Shown: one piece after another, positions 37,743 through 49,583 of the stretch
Position numbering within the stretch: position 1 is the first letter of the stretch
Layout of the letters: every line of letters starts with the position of its first letter
From: Candidatus Binatia bacterium
Lineage (GTDB): Bacteria > Desulfobacterota > Binatia > UBA12015
DNA: 64,000 nt
Reading direction: 5' to 3'
NCBI GenBank assembly: GCA_965658895.1
Contig: CBFHUR010000004.1
Location: 67,647-131,646 of the forward strand
The notes under the pieces: model-generated
What the model saw: the letters and a program-made list of their open reading frames with translations, nothing else
Databases searched by the model: none
What the model was told of the DNA's origin: nothing
Program-made: the position numbers and the translations under genes

Positions 37743-38300
37743 TTAAATCTCTTTCTTCCACTTGATCGAGCAGCCCATGGACGGGTGCTGCTCGGGCAAA
37801 GGTTTTCTTCCTTCAATCAGAGACTGCAGCGCCGCCTCGAGCTCTCGCTGCGTCACCAGATCCTCGTCCTTCCAGGAGTCGTCGATGCGCCCATGATAGG
37901 CCAATCGACGTTGCTCGTCGTAAACATAGATATCCGGGGTGCAGACCGCATCAAAGCGACGAGCAACCTGCTGGCTCTCGTCCACCAGATAGGGAAACCC
38001 ATAGTCCTTCTCGCGCGCTCGCGCCGCGAGTTGGTCGGGGGCATCATCCGGATAATCATTCGCATCATTGGAGCATATGCCGAGAAATTGGACGCCGCTT
38101 TCCTCGAACTGACGACGCAATTCAACGATCCGATCTTCCACCGCAATCACATAGGGACAGTGGCGGCAGATAAACATGACGACCAGAACCTTCTTGTCCT
38201 GGAAGTCGTCGCGTCGAGACCGGCCGCCTTCCACCGCAGGAAGGTCGAAATCGGGACACGCGCTGCCCGCAGCGATTGTCTGAGATTCGAGTAGTGCCAT
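37743..38300 (-). CDS. Thioredoxin-fold thiol-disulfide oxidoreductase (redoxin/AhpC-TSA family)
   Basis: CPDFDLP...KVLVVMFICRHCPYV with CxxC-like active site CRHC. Start is taken at MALLESQ (38300). Confidence 0.7.
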   Translation of the reverse strand: MALLESQTIAAGSACPDFDLPAVEGGRSRRDDFQDKKVLVVMFICRHCPYVIAVEDRIVELRRQFEESGVQFLGICSNDANDYPDDAPDQLAARAREKDYGFPYLVDESQQVARRFDAVCTPDIYVYDEQRRLAYHGRIDDSWKDEDLVTQRELEAALQSLIEGRKPLPEQHPSMGCSIKWKKEI

Positions 38301-38364
38301 GCCTTCGGCTGTAGCTGCCCGAAAAGCTACCCGCAAAAGAACAATTCAATTTCTTCAAAACACA

Positions 38365-38392
38365 TTGACAATCTCTCGATCGGCCTTATCTG
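38365..38392 (+). promoter_or_regulatory. Candidate sigma70-like promoter for hsp20 (TTGACA-16 nt-TATCTG) in an AT-rich intergenic region
   Basis: TTGACA at 38365-38370 and TATCTG at 38387-38392. The downstream RBS aggagaaaa lies about 10 nt before the ATG at 38441. Confidence 0.3.
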
Positions 38393-38440
38393 AGGGGCGT
38401 CTGCAAAGGACAAAAAAATACAGAACGAGGAGAAAAAATA

Positions 38441-38887
38441 ATGAGAACATTCGCTAGAGAATTTGCCGTTCGACCGACACCCAGTGCCTGGAGCGAGGCC
38501 GCTCGACTGCAGGCCAGAGTCGAGAAAGTCTTCCAGAGTTCCAATGATTCCTACGGCGCCCATTACCCGCGCCTGGATGTGGTTTCGGCAGAAGATGAGG
38601 CTGTCGTTCACGCCGAGATCCCGGGCGTATCGGCCGAGGAGATCGAACTTTCCATTGACGATGACATCCTGACCCTCAGTGGCACCCGGAAAGCCGAGGA
38701 GCTTCCCGAGGGCACAAGCTGGCGCCATCAGGAACGTGGGCATGGAGACTTCAAAAGGCGCGTTCGTCTGCCTTTCCGGGTCGAGACAGGCGCTGTGGAC
38801 GCCCAATATAATAACGGCGTCCTGCAAGTCACGCTGCCGCGAGCCGAGGCAGACAAGCCCCAAAAAATCGCCATCTCGGCAGCCTGA
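38441..38887 (+). CDS. Hsp20/alpha-crystallin family small heat-shock protein
   Basis: ACD core PRLDVVSAEDEAVVHAEIPGVSAEEIELSIDDDILTLSG...GDFKRRVRLP and the C-terminal I-x-I-like KIAIS. Confidence 0.85.
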   Translation: MRTFAREFAVRPTPSAWSEAARLQARVEKVFQSSNDSYGAHYPRLDVVSAEDEAVVHAEIPGVSAEEIELSIDDDILTLSGTRKAEELPEGTSWRHQERGHGDFKRRVRLPFRVETGAVDAQYNNGVLQVTLPRAEADKPQKIAISAA

Positions 38888-38905
38888 TCGGCTTGGGCGA
38901 ATGCG

Positions 38906-40916
<2,011 letters not shown>

Positions 40917-41020
40917 CTAGAGGTGTACGAGACCCCACCCCTTCGTCAACTCCGGCGATACATTTGCACCCGCACGCCAATTCGCTAAATTTCCCCGAGA
41001 ACCTCCGCGTTCATTGATTC

Positions 41021-43297
41021 ATGTCAACTTCTGCCACAGCACCTGTCTTCGCTCGAGAGCGCGGAAATGAGGCCTTCGCCTTCGCGGTTGCCTCGGGTCT
41101 GGCCAGCGCCCCACGCAGCCTGCCCTGTCGCTACCTCTACGACGAGCGTGGTTCGGACCTCTTCGACCAGATTACTCGTGTGCCCGAATACTACCTTACA
41201 CGCGCGGAAGACGAGATCCTGCGTGCCCACGCCCACGATATTCGCCGCGCCGCAGGACCGACCACGCTGATCGAACTGGGCTCGGGCACTTCCACCAAGA
41301 CCAGACACCTCCTCGACGCCTGGACCAGCCAACCCGGGGCCGCCTACGTCGCTGTCGACATCTGCCGTGAGGCTCTCGACGGAGCCGCCAGGGTTCTGCA
41401 AAAGAGCTTCCCCGACCTCGAACTGGAGACGCTGGCCGGAACCTACGAGGCATCGTTCCCCCGATTCCGCCAATTCTCCCCGATCACGGTCGCCTTTCTG
41501 GGCAGTTCGATCGGAAATCTGGCCGAACCTCAGCTGGATGCCTTCCTGGAAATGCTCGAGCGCAACCTTCATCCCGGGGATAGCTTCCTTCTCGGGATCG
41601 ATCTGGTCAAGGATGGCAAGACCCTCGAGGCCGCCTACGACGACGGTGCCGGCGTCACGGCTGACTTCACCCGGAATCTCTTTCATCGCATGAATCGGGA
41701 ACTGGGAACCACCATTGCGGCCGACCAGATCCAACATATAGCCCTGTGGAACCCGGTAGAAGAACAGATCGAGATCAGCGCCCGCTTCCCCACCGCCACC
41801 GAGGTCCGACTTCCGACCATTGGACAGGAATTCTCGATCGCCTCCGGTGAGGCAATCCGCACCGAGATCAGCCGAAAATTTCACGTGGAATCCATGCTCG
41901 CGCGCCTCGAGGCGCACGGGTTCTCCCGCCGGGAAGTTTATACCGATCGCGAAGAACAATTCGCTGTCCTGCTGACCACGAAAACCGCGCCCCCATGCCC
42001 GCGTGAAAAACGGGCATCGCGCCAATGGGAAGAGTCGCGGCAGGCGACCGACGCACTCCTCTCCGCCCTTCCCGATCCTCTTCTCGAGGCGCAGCATAGC
42101 CGGCTGATGAGCCCGCTGGTCTGGGATCTGGGGCATATCGCGAACTTCGAGAACCAATGGATCGCGACAGCGACCGCTACAGCCCGCGGCACAGATCTTC
42201 GCGCTCGGGATCACCTTTTCGAGGCGACAGCCCACGCACGGGCCGACCGCCTGAAGCTGGATCTGCCCAACGCAATCCAGGCAAGAGAGCAGCTGCAAAA
42301 GACACGCGAGGATTCGCGGCGCCGCCTTCGTGCCCCCGGCGAAAACGCACCGGCGCGCCTGCTGGACAATGGGTTGGTCCTCGAAATGCTGGCCCAACAC
42401 GAAGCACAGCATGGCGAAACCATGCTGCAGAGCATCGGGCTGATCGACGGCTTTGCCTGGCCGCGGACCCTGCAGGATCCCTCCACAGAGGAGCGCAGCC
42501 CCGCGCTCGGCATGACGATCATCCCCGCAGGCGCCTACAGCATCGGCGCCACGACGGGCGGAGGCGGATTCACCTACGACAATGAATCCCCCCGGCATAC
42601 TCGCGAAGTCGCGAGTTTTGCCATCGCTCTGGCGCCCGTCACCAATCGGGAATTCCTCGGTTTTGTCGAGGCAGGCGGCTACCAGCGGGCTGAGTTCTGG
42701 TCTCGGGCCGGGAACTCCTGGCGAGAGAAAGCGAGAGTCGAGGCTCCACTGGGTTGGCAGCAGATCAACGGTGAATGGCATACGACAACCATGGGCCACC
42801 ACCGCCGGCTGCCGCACCACGAGGCGGTCATTCATGTCTCCTATTTCGAGGCCGAGGCCTACGCGAAATTCCGCGGCAAGCGACTGCCGACAGAATTCGA
42901 GTGGGAGGTGGCGGCTTCAGCAGATCTCGAGACCGAAGAGCCCCGAATTTACCCGTGGGGCGGGCGAGAACCACATCCCGGGCTGGCGGATCTGGACCAA
43001 CGCCTGCCGCACCCGCGAACCGTTGGCAGCCTGCCCGAAGGACGCAGCTTCTTTGGCTGCGAACAGATGATGGGCGGCGTTTGGGAATGGACCAGCAGCG
43101 AATTCAAGCCCTACCCCGGTTTTCAGGCTTTTCCTTACGAAGAATATTCCGCAGTTCATTTCGATCAGGGGTACCGGGTTCTGCGCGGCGGGTCGTGGGC
43201 CACTCGCGGGGTCGCCATCCGGAACAGTTTTCGCAACTGGGATCTCCCCGAACGTCGTCAGATTTTCTCGGGCCTGCGCCTGGCCGCCGATGCCTGA
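41021..43297 (+). CDS. Single-chain EgtD-EgtB fusion (Egt1-like): N-terminal histidine N-alpha-methyltransferase domain plus C-terminal DinB_2/FGE-sulfatase sulfoxide synthase domain
   Basis: The N-terminus reads YLYDERGSDLFDQITRVPEYY...LIELGSGTSTKTRHLL (EgtD signature). The middle has the HX3HXE iron-binding motif (LAQHEAQHGETM). The C-terminus reads VLRGGSWATRGVAIRNSFRNW (FGE-sulfatase/EgtB signature). Confidence 0.8.
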   Translation: MSTSATAPVFARERGNEAFAFAVASGLASAPRSLPCRYLYDERGSDLFDQITRVPEYYLTRAEDEILRAHAHDIRRAAGPTTLIELGSGTSTKTRHLLDAWTSQPGAAYVAVDICREALDGAARVLQKSFPDLELETLAGTYEASFPRFRQFSPITVAFLGSSIGNLAEPQLDAFLEMLERNLHPGDSFLLGIDLVKDGKTLEAAYDDGAGVTADFTRNLFHRMNRELGTTIAADQIQHIALWNPVEEQIEISARFPTATEVRLPTIGQEFSIASGEAIRTEISRKFHVESMLARLEAHGFSRREVYTDREEQFAVLLTTKTAPPCPREKRASRQWEESRQATDALLSALPDPLLEAQHSRLMSPLVWDLGHIANFENQWIATATATARGTDLRARDHLFEATAHARADRLKLDLPNAIQAREQLQKTREDSRRRLRAPGENAPARLLDNGLVLEMLAQHEAQHGETMLQSIGLIDGFAWPRTLQDPSTEERSPALGMTIIPAGAYSIGATTGGGGFTYDNESPRHTREVASFAIALAPVTNREFLGFVEAGGYQRAEFWSRAGNSWREKARVEAPLGWQQINGEWHTTTMGHHRRLPHHEAVIHVSYFEAEAYAKFRGKRLPTEFEWEVAASADLETEEPRIYPWGGREPHPGLADLDQRLPHPRTVGSLPEGRSFFGCEQMMGGVWEWTSSEFKPYPGFQAFPYEEYSAVHFDQGYRVLRGGSWATRGVAIRNSFRNWDLPERRQIFSGLRLAADA

Positions 43298-44288
43298 GCC
43301 GCTGGCCGGACGCCTGCAAAGGCGCCTGATCGAGTTACCACTGAACGTGGAAAAGGCGCATGTCGCGCTCGATGCCATTGAACTCCCCTCGTATCCCGAT
43401 GAGCCGAGACCCAGCTCCACGATTGCCCTTGCAGGTCGTCAGCAAACGGGCACCGGAGAGAACGTCGCCTGGACCCGAAACGACCATCGGAATTTCCAAC
43501 GCCAGATCGACGCCGGGGACTATACTCACCACGGATCCCTCGGAAGTTTCCTGCGAGTGCTCGGAGCCACCGTGCCCGACGCCTACCAACACGCCGCGAT
43601 CGAGTCCGCTGCCGTGGATCTGGCCCTTCGTCAGGCCCGAACCAACCTGGAGGAATTGGCCGAGTCAGACCTCAGCGACACTCGCTATGTGCGATCTTTT
43701 GCCGCATCCCCCGACCCTCTGCCCGAACTCGCGGCCCATCGGGAACAGAACCCCCGAATCGGACTCAAAGTCGATGTGCATCCGGCCTGGGATGAGGAAA
43801 CACTCGGGCAACTCGCCAGCCTCGGGAATATTTCGGTGCTTGACTTCAAGCACCAGGGCACCTCCGCCACGCAGACCGCTGTCGCTCAAGCGCTACCCGA
43901 CCCCTGGCTCGAGGATCCGGGGCAACTCGGCGAATGCCCATCGGGGATTCTGGCCCGGCGCTTCAGTCTGGATGCGGCGCTGACATCCGGAAACCCCGAG
44001 GCCATGCTCCAGCGCATGAATCCGGCCGCGGTGAACCTCAAGGTCCCCCGCATGGGCGGCGTTATCGCGCTCCTGCGAGCTGCCGCATTTTGCGAAGCGG
44101 AGAAAAGGCCCTTTTATCTGGGCGGCATGTTCGAGGTTTCCGTCGGTCGCATGCAGGCCCGCGAACTCGCCAGCCTGCTGGCCCCCGGCGGCCCAAACGA
44201 TCTGGCACCCATCCCGCGCGAGACAAACTACGCGTTTCCCTCATCTTTGCGGCCTCCGCACGGGGGGATCGGCTTCGGACATCGCTAA
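43290..44288 (+). CDS. Enolase-superfamily (mandelate racemase / muconate-lactonising / OSBS-like) protein
   Basis: AIESAAVDLALRQA, DPWLEDP, and C-terminal NLKVPRMGGV...YLGGMFEVSVGRMQARELASL are consistent with the MR/MLE TIM-barrel blocks. It is short for the family (332 aa). An 8-nt overlap with egtDB is present. Confidence 0.55.
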   Translation: MPEPLAGRLQRRLIELPLNVEKAHVALDAIELPSYPDEPRPSSTIALAGRQQTGTGENVAWTRNDHRNFQRQIDAGDYTHHGSLGSFLRVLGATVPDAYQHAAIESAAVDLALRQARTNLEELAESDLSDTRYVRSFAASPDPLPELAAHREQNPRIGLKVDVHPAWDEETLGQLASLGNISVLDFKHQGTSATQTAVAQALPDPWLEDPGQLGECPSGILARRFSLDAALTSGNPEAMLQRMNPAAVNLKVPRMGGVIALLRAAAFCEAEKRPFYLGGMFEVSVGRMQARELASLLAPGGPNDLAPIPRETNYAFPSSLRPPHGGIGFGHR

Positions 44289-44348
44289 AGCTGTCACTTT
44301 TGTGTACTTTCGGGAGCAGGAAGGGGCTGGCGGCCCTTTGCCCGGAAA

Positions 44349-44924
44349 GTGCGCATGCAAGATTTCAAGCCCACGCTTCAGCGAACCCTCGGCATCATCA
44401 TCTGGATGGTCGTGATCTCTGTGGCCGCGCAGGCCACCGCCATGCCGGCCAAAATCGTCATCGGGCGATCGGAGAAGATTCGTCTCCTGCCCGAAGATCT
44501 GGTTCTCGACGCACGCGTCGACACCGGGGCCACCACCTCCTCGATCGATGCCCATGACATCGAAACCTTCGAACGCGAGGGTAGGACCTGGCTTCGTTTT
44601 CGAGTACGGGACAAGGCGAGCAACACCGACAAGGTCTTTGAACGTCCGCGGGTCCGGACCGTCCGCATCAAGAATCGCGCGGCAGAGGAGAACATGGGCA
44701 AGAAGTATGATCGCCGGCCGGTCGTCCGCTTGCGCGTCTGCCTCGATGGACATGTGCAGGAGATCGAGGTGAACCTTGCCGACCGGAGTCGGTTTGCCTT
44801 CCCGATGTTGCTGGGTCGCTCGGGCATTGTCGATTTCGATGCGGTTGTGGACCCCTCGATCGGCAGTGATCTGGCGCCCAATTGCCCAAAATCCTCGGCC
44901 ACTAACCCCCAGCAAGACCCGTGA
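44349..44924 (+). CDS. Retropepsin-like aspartic protease domain protein of the RimK-associated family (annotated elsewhere as putative ATP-dependent zinc protease)
   Basis: N-terminal TM/signal segment, then LDARVDTGATTSSIDA (D-T-G-A aspartyl protease signature) and a second half-domain. Confidence 0.7.
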   Translation: MRMQDFKPTLQRTLGIIIWMVVISVAAQATAMPAKIVIGRSEKIRLLPEDLVLDARVDTGATTSSIDAHDIETFEREGRTWLRFRVRDKASNTDKVFERPRVRTVRIKNRAAEENMGKKYDRRPVVRLRVCLDGHVQEIEVNLADRSRFAFPMLLGRSGIVDFDAVVDPSIGSDLAPNCPKSSATNPQQDP

Positions 44925-46450
44925 GGAGAGACGTCCACCTCCTTGTTCTGGTCAGCCTGCTTCTCGCGGCAGGCCTCGGTACGACTTTCTATCAGTACCG
45001 GATCCTCGGATGGCCGCTGCTTCCTCACGAGACCGAAACGCTCTGGACGATCGAGGCGCGCATGCAATTCAAGGCCGACTCGGGACGCCCCGTGATCGCC
45101 CGATTTCTGACGCCGGACCTCCAGGGCCAACGCATGGACCTGAGCGAGAGTTTCGTATCTCGGAACTATGGCGTGACCGTCGAAAAAAATGACAGCCAAC
45201 GAGTCAGCATCTGGTCCATTCGCCGCGCCAGTGGCCCCCAGGCACTCTACTATCGCCTCGTCGTGACCAACCGGGAGGATCAGGACCCCGGCACGATCCC
45301 GCAGGAGGCCTCGGTGCCGGCGCCCTTCGTGGAGGGCCCGGAGAAAATCGCCATCCAGGCACTTCTTGATCAAATCCGCGGACGTTCCGGAAACATCGCC
45401 ACGTTTACCGCGGCCGCACTCAAACGCCTCCACGACGACACCGACCAGAATGCCCAACTCCTGCGCGGCTCGGATCGAAGCGTGGAGAACCTCGCTCGGA
45501 CCGCTGTTCTGGTGCTGAATTCGGCCAATATCCCCGCGCGCGCGGTCCATACCCTGCCCTTGCGCACCGGATCCTATTCCATGCCGGAAACCCTTCTCAG
45601 CACCTTCGACGGCCGAGAATGGATTTACTTTGACCTGAAGGAATCAGGCCGGGTCGATGCGGAGAATTTCCTTCTCTGGTGGGTGGGCGAGGAGAAACTC
45701 CTGACATTGGAAGGAGCATCCTCACCGACAGTGAGCTTCAGCGTCGCGGGAAGCGACGCCAACTCTCTTGCTTTGGCGAATGAGACGGGACGCCTCTCCG
45801 GCTCGCCCTGGTTCGAATTCTCTCTTTTCGGCCTCCCGCTTCGGACCCAGGACCTCTATCGGGTCCTGATGATGATCCCCGTCGGCGTCTTTTTGATCGT
45901 CATCCTGCGCAGCTTTGTGGGCATTGAAACATTCGGCACCTTCATGCCGGCCCTGATTGCCCTGTCGTTCCGTGAGACACAGCTTTTCGCCGGCATCATC
46001 TTGTTCGTTCTCCTGCTGGCCATCGGCATGATTGTGCGGGCCTATCTCGAACAACTCCATCTCCTTCTGGTCCCGCGGCTTGCCGTTGTCGTGACCGTAG
46101 TCGTTCTGATCATGGCTGGCGTCAGCATTCTCAGCCATCAACTCAATTTGGAAAGCGGCCTTTCCGTCGCCCTCTTCCCGATGGTCATCGTCACCATGAC
46201 CATCGAAAGGATGTCGATCGCCTGGGAAGAACGCGGCGCCTGGCCAGCCATCATGGTCGCCGGCGGAAGCCTGTTCACAGCCGCATTGGTCTATCTGGTG
46301 ATGGCGAACGCGCTGCTCACCCATCTCTTTTTCACCTTCCCCGGCCTGCTTCTGGTCATTATGGCCCTGATGCTGCTCGCGGGCTCCTACCGTGGCTACC
46401 GCCTGAATGAACTCCTGCGATTCCGCGCCATCACCGAACCCCGGCCATGA
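44921..46450 (+). CDS. Inactive transglutaminase-like domain fused to a 7-TM module
   Basis: The N-terminal roughly 290 aa are a soluble domain after one TM segment. The C-terminal roughly 200 aa hold seven closely spaced TM helices. An ATGA overlap with the protease gene is present. The call rests on architecture and conserved context with the neighbouring ATP-grasp and retropepsin genes. Confidence 0.6.
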   Translation: MRRDVHLLVLVSLLLAAGLGTTFYQYRILGWPLLPHETETLWTIEARMQFKADSGRPVIARFLTPDLQGQRMDLSESFVSRNYGVTVEKNDSQRVSIWSIRRASGPQALYYRLVVTNREDQDPGTIPQEASVPAPFVEGPEKIAIQALLDQIRGRSGNIATFTAAALKRLHDDTDQNAQLLRGSDRSVENLARTAVLVLNSANIPARAVHTLPLRTGSYSMPETLLSTFDGREWIYFDLKESGRVDAENFLLWWVGEEKLLTLEGASSPTVSFSVAGSDANSLALANETGRLSGSPWFEFSLFGLPLRTQDLYRVLMMIPVGVFLIVILRSFVGIETFGTFMPALIALSFRETQLFAGIILFVLLLAIGMIVRAYLEQLHLLLVPRLAVVVTVVVLIMAGVSILSHQLNLESGLSVALFPMVIVTMTIERMSIAWEERGAWPAIMVAGGSLFTAALVYLVMANALLTHLFFTFPGLLLVIMALMLLAGSYRGYRLNELLRFRAITEPRP

Positions 46451-47406
46451 TCCGCAACATCCGTCAGCGACTCCGCAGCCGAGGCGTACTGGGCATCAAC
46501 CAGCGCAACCGTGACTTCGTCATGCGATACAACCCGCGCCACCTCTACCCCTTGGTGGATGACAAGCTGCGCACAAAGAAACTGGCTCAGGAGCATGGCA
46601 TCCCGGTACCTCCACTATTCGCGACCTTTGCCAATGAACGCGAGGTCCGCGACCTCCCCGAGATCCTCCGGGATACCGAGGATTTCGCCATGAAACCGGC
46701 CCATGGAGCCGGAGGCGACGGAATCCTCATTGCCATGGCCAGGCGGGGCGATCGCTTCCGCCGCGCCAAGGGGTTCTGGGTCGGCCTCGAAGATCTCGCC
46801 TACCATGCTTCCAATATCCTGAGCGGCGTTTATAGCCTCGGTGGCCAGAGCGATATCGCGATGGTCGAACATCGTGTCCAGCCCGATGCCCTTTTCGAGG
46901 CCATCAGCTTCGGCGGCGTGCCCGATGTCCGGATCATCGTCCTGAAAGGATACCCTGCCATGGCCATGGTGCGGCTGCCCACCCAGCAATCCGACGGGAA
47001 GGGCAACCTGCATCAGGGGGCGATCGGAGCAGGAATCGATTTGGCCTCGGGACGCACGCTCCATGGAGTGTGGGGGAATGAGCGGACGGAAATCCACCCC
47101 GACACCGACGCGGTTCTGGCCGGCCTGGCAATCCCGAACTGGGAAGCCTTCCTGCTGCTGGCCGCACAATGCTACGAGATGACGGGGCTCGGCTATCTTG
47201 GTGTGGATATCGTTCTGGACAAGGAACTCGGGCCCCTGCTGCTCGAACTCAATGCGCGGCCCGGCCTGAATATCCAGATTGCCAACGATGCGGGACTTCT
47301 GCAGCGGTTTTCGGTTATCGAAAATCAGCAGGAAGCCAGATCCCCTGCCCAAAGAATCGATTTTATCCGCGACCAGTTTCAGGCCGACGCCAGCCTTCCC
47401 GCCTGA
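46447..47406 (+). CDS. RimK-like ATP-grasp ligase (alpha-L-glutamate ligase-related protein)
   Basis: ATP-grasp blocks FAMKPAHGAGGDGI, IIVLKGYPAMAMVRLP and LGYLGVDIVLDKELGPLLLELNARPG. A 4-nt overlap with the upstream gene is present. Confidence 0.75.
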   Translation: MIRNIRQRLRSRGVLGINQRNRDFVMRYNPRHLYPLVDDKLRTKKLAQEHGIPVPPLFATFANEREVRDLPEILRDTEDFAMKPAHGAGGDGILIAMARRGDRFRRAKGFWVGLEDLAYHASNILSGVYSLGGQSDIAMVEHRVQPDALFEAISFGGVPDVRIIVLKGYPAMAMVRLPTQQSDGKGNLHQGAIGAGIDLASGRTLHGVWGNERTEIHPDTDAVLAGLAIPNWEAFLLLAAQCYEMTGLGYLGVDIVLDKELGPLLLELNARPGLNIQIANDAGLLQRFSVIENQQEARSPAQRIDFIRDQFQADASLPA

Positions 47407-47531
47407 GAGTCCGCTTCGATCGCGCCCGCGCACGGTCCCGGAGAGCCCGTCCCATTCCACGCCCGCAGCACCTGCCGGGCAAACCCGGTTGGCCCCGAGC
47501 GACCGGACATGCAAAGCATAAACCTTCAGTG

Positions 47532-49583
47532 ATGAAGGAGCTCTCTCAGGAAACCCGTCGCGCGATCCATGTAGCCACCCTTGCTTCGGCGGCCATGATA
47601 GCGCAGCAAATTGCCGGGAAAGCCGTGCGCGACGGACTCTTCCTCTCGAATTTCCCCGCCACCGATCTTCCCGCCGCCATGATCGGAGGAGCGCTTCTCT
47701 CCTTTGCCGGCGCTCTGATTCTTTCCAGTGTTCTGGCGCGCTTCGGGCCTCGAAAAACAGTCCCGGGACTATTTGCCGCCTCGGCGCTGGTCTTTCTGGC
47801 GTTTGGCGGATTTTATCATCAGGCGCCCACGCTGATCACGGTTCTCCTCTACCTGCACATGGCCTCTTTCGGTATTCTCGTGATCAGCGCCTTCTGGTCG
47901 CTGATCAATGAGCTCTTTGATCCGCATACCGCAAAGCTGGCAGTCACACGGATCGTGACCGGGTCGACGTTTGGCGGCGTCTGCGGCGGGATTCTCGCGG
48001 ACCAACTCACCGGACTCGAGGGACCGAGCGGGATGTTTTTCCTGCTCGCCGGGCTGCACAGCCTCTGTGCCATCGTGCTGTCCCGGATGAAGGGACACGA
48101 TATCGGGGAGCGCCAGATGCCGAGTGTCCTGCGTGGCTTCGCGGTCATCCGACGCTCGAGCTACCTCAAACAAATCGCCCTCGCCGTGGCGCTCGCGTCG
48201 GGCGTAGCGGCGCTGCTGGATTATACGATGAAAGCCGAGGCCGCCAAACAATATCTCGATGAGGATTCTCTGGTCTCTTTCTTCGCGGCCTTCTATACCG
48301 GGACGTCGGTTTTGGCCTTCTTCCTGCAGCGCCTGCTCGCGGATACTACGCTACGCCAGATCGGCCTCAGTGCGACCATGTCGATCCTTCCGGTCGCCGC
48401 CATCGCCGGGAGCCTGTTGGGCGCACTATTTACACGCCTACCCATGATCGTGGCCGCCAAGGGCGCCGAGGTAATTCTCGCCAATTCCTTTTTTCGGTCG
48501 GGCGTCGAACTGGTCTACACGCCGGTACCCCCGAGCCGGAAACGGTCGGCCAAATCCATTGTCGACGTATTTGCACAAAGGGCGGGCGATCTGCTCGGTG
48601 GCGGATGGATCCTCATCGTTCTCGCGATCGCGCCCTTGATGACGCAGAAAATTGTCCTGATCAGCACAGCTCTGGTCGCGATCCTCTCGGTCGTGGTGAT
48701 CACGCGTCTGAAAAGAGGCTACGTGACGCAGCTGACCGAAAGCCTCAAACGGGGATTGGTACCTGAAGGATATGCCGAAGACGCAGTCGCGGAACCCACC
48801 GGCCATCCCGCAGACACCAACAGCCCCGAACCGCTGCCCCAGGAAACAGCCGCCCCCCCGGACTTGATCGAAACCACCCAAGCCCTGATCTCGGGCGATC
48901 CGATGCAACAGCGCCGCGCCCTGACCGCACCCAATATCGATCCCCGGGTGGCCTCCCTGATTACCCCCCTTCTCGCCGATCAGCGGCTGAAAAAAACCGC
49001 GACCGCAGCACTCGAAAACCTCGGTGATCGGATCACCGGCCAACTCGCCGACGCACTTCTGGACCCCGAACAACCCGAAGTAGTCCGCCTGCAGCTGACC
49101 TCGTTGATCGAATCCCTCGGGGGCGCGCGTAGCGCCCATGCGCTGGTGCTGGCGCTGGAAGCAACACCCTTCCCCATTCGATACGCATGCGGTCAGGCAC
49201 TCGCGCGGCTCACCATGCGCGCGCCGGAACTCGCCCCGTCACCCCAACGCATTTTTGCCATGGCCACCAGAGAACTGCCCGCAACACCAAAGAAAGACAC
49301 GGCTGAGCCCTCCCTGCAGTTTTTGGAGAAACAGGGGATTTTCGAAGCAGGACTCGCCGAGCGAGCGGGCCCGAGGCTCGAGCATATCTTTACCCTGCTT
49401 GCGCTGGTGCTCGACCGGGAAGCCGTCGAGATGGCCCTGCGCGGCTGGCTCTCCGCCGACCGACGCATGCACGGGACAGCCGTCGAATATTTCGACAATG
49501 TCCTCCCCGAAGAGCTCCGGAGCGCCCTGGCGCGCTACCAGACGCAGGCAGAGGATCCCGCAGAGGGAGATCGCGGCTCATGA
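47532..49583 (+). CDS. MFS-type (Npt1/Npt2- or AAA-translocase-like) transporter with C-terminal HEAT-repeat domain
   Basis: About 12 TM helices over the N-terminal roughly 440 aa. The C-terminal roughly 240 aa have helical repeats (LENLGDRITGQLADALLD, LTSLIESLGGARSAHALVLALEA). The ATG is at 47532, and the upstream in-frame ORF region is not protein-like. Confidence 0.65.
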   Translation: MKELSQETRRAIHVATLASAAMIAQQIAGKAVRDGLFLSNFPATDLPAAMIGGALLSFAGALILSSVLARFGPRKTVPGLFAASALVFLAFGGFYHQAPTLITVLLYLHMASFGILVISAFWSLINELFDPHTAKLAVTRIVTGSTFGGVCGGILADQLTGLEGPSGMFFLLAGLHSLCAIVLSRMKGHDIGERQMPSVLRGFAVIRRSSYLKQIALAVALASGVAALLDYTMKAEAAKQYLDEDSLVSFFAAFYTGTSVLAFFLQRLLADTTLRQIGLSATMSILPVAAIAGSLLGALFTRLPMIVAAKGAEVILANSFFRSGVELVYTPVPPSRKRSAKSIVDVFAQRAGDLLGGGWILIVLAIAPLMTQKIVLISTALVAILSVVVITRLKRGYVTQLTESLKRGLVPEGYAEDAVAEPTGHPADTNSPEPLPQETAAPPDLIETTQALISGDPMQQRRALTAPNIDPRVASLITPLLADQRLKKTATAALENLGDRITGQLADALLDPEQPEVVRLQLTSLIESLGGARSAHALVLALEATPFPIRYACGQALARLTMRAPELAPSPQRIFAMATRELPATPKKDTAEPSLQFLEKQGIFEAGLAERAGPRLEHIFTLLALVLDREAVEMALRGWLSADRRMHGTAVEYFDNVLPEELRSALARYQTQAEDPAEGDRGS

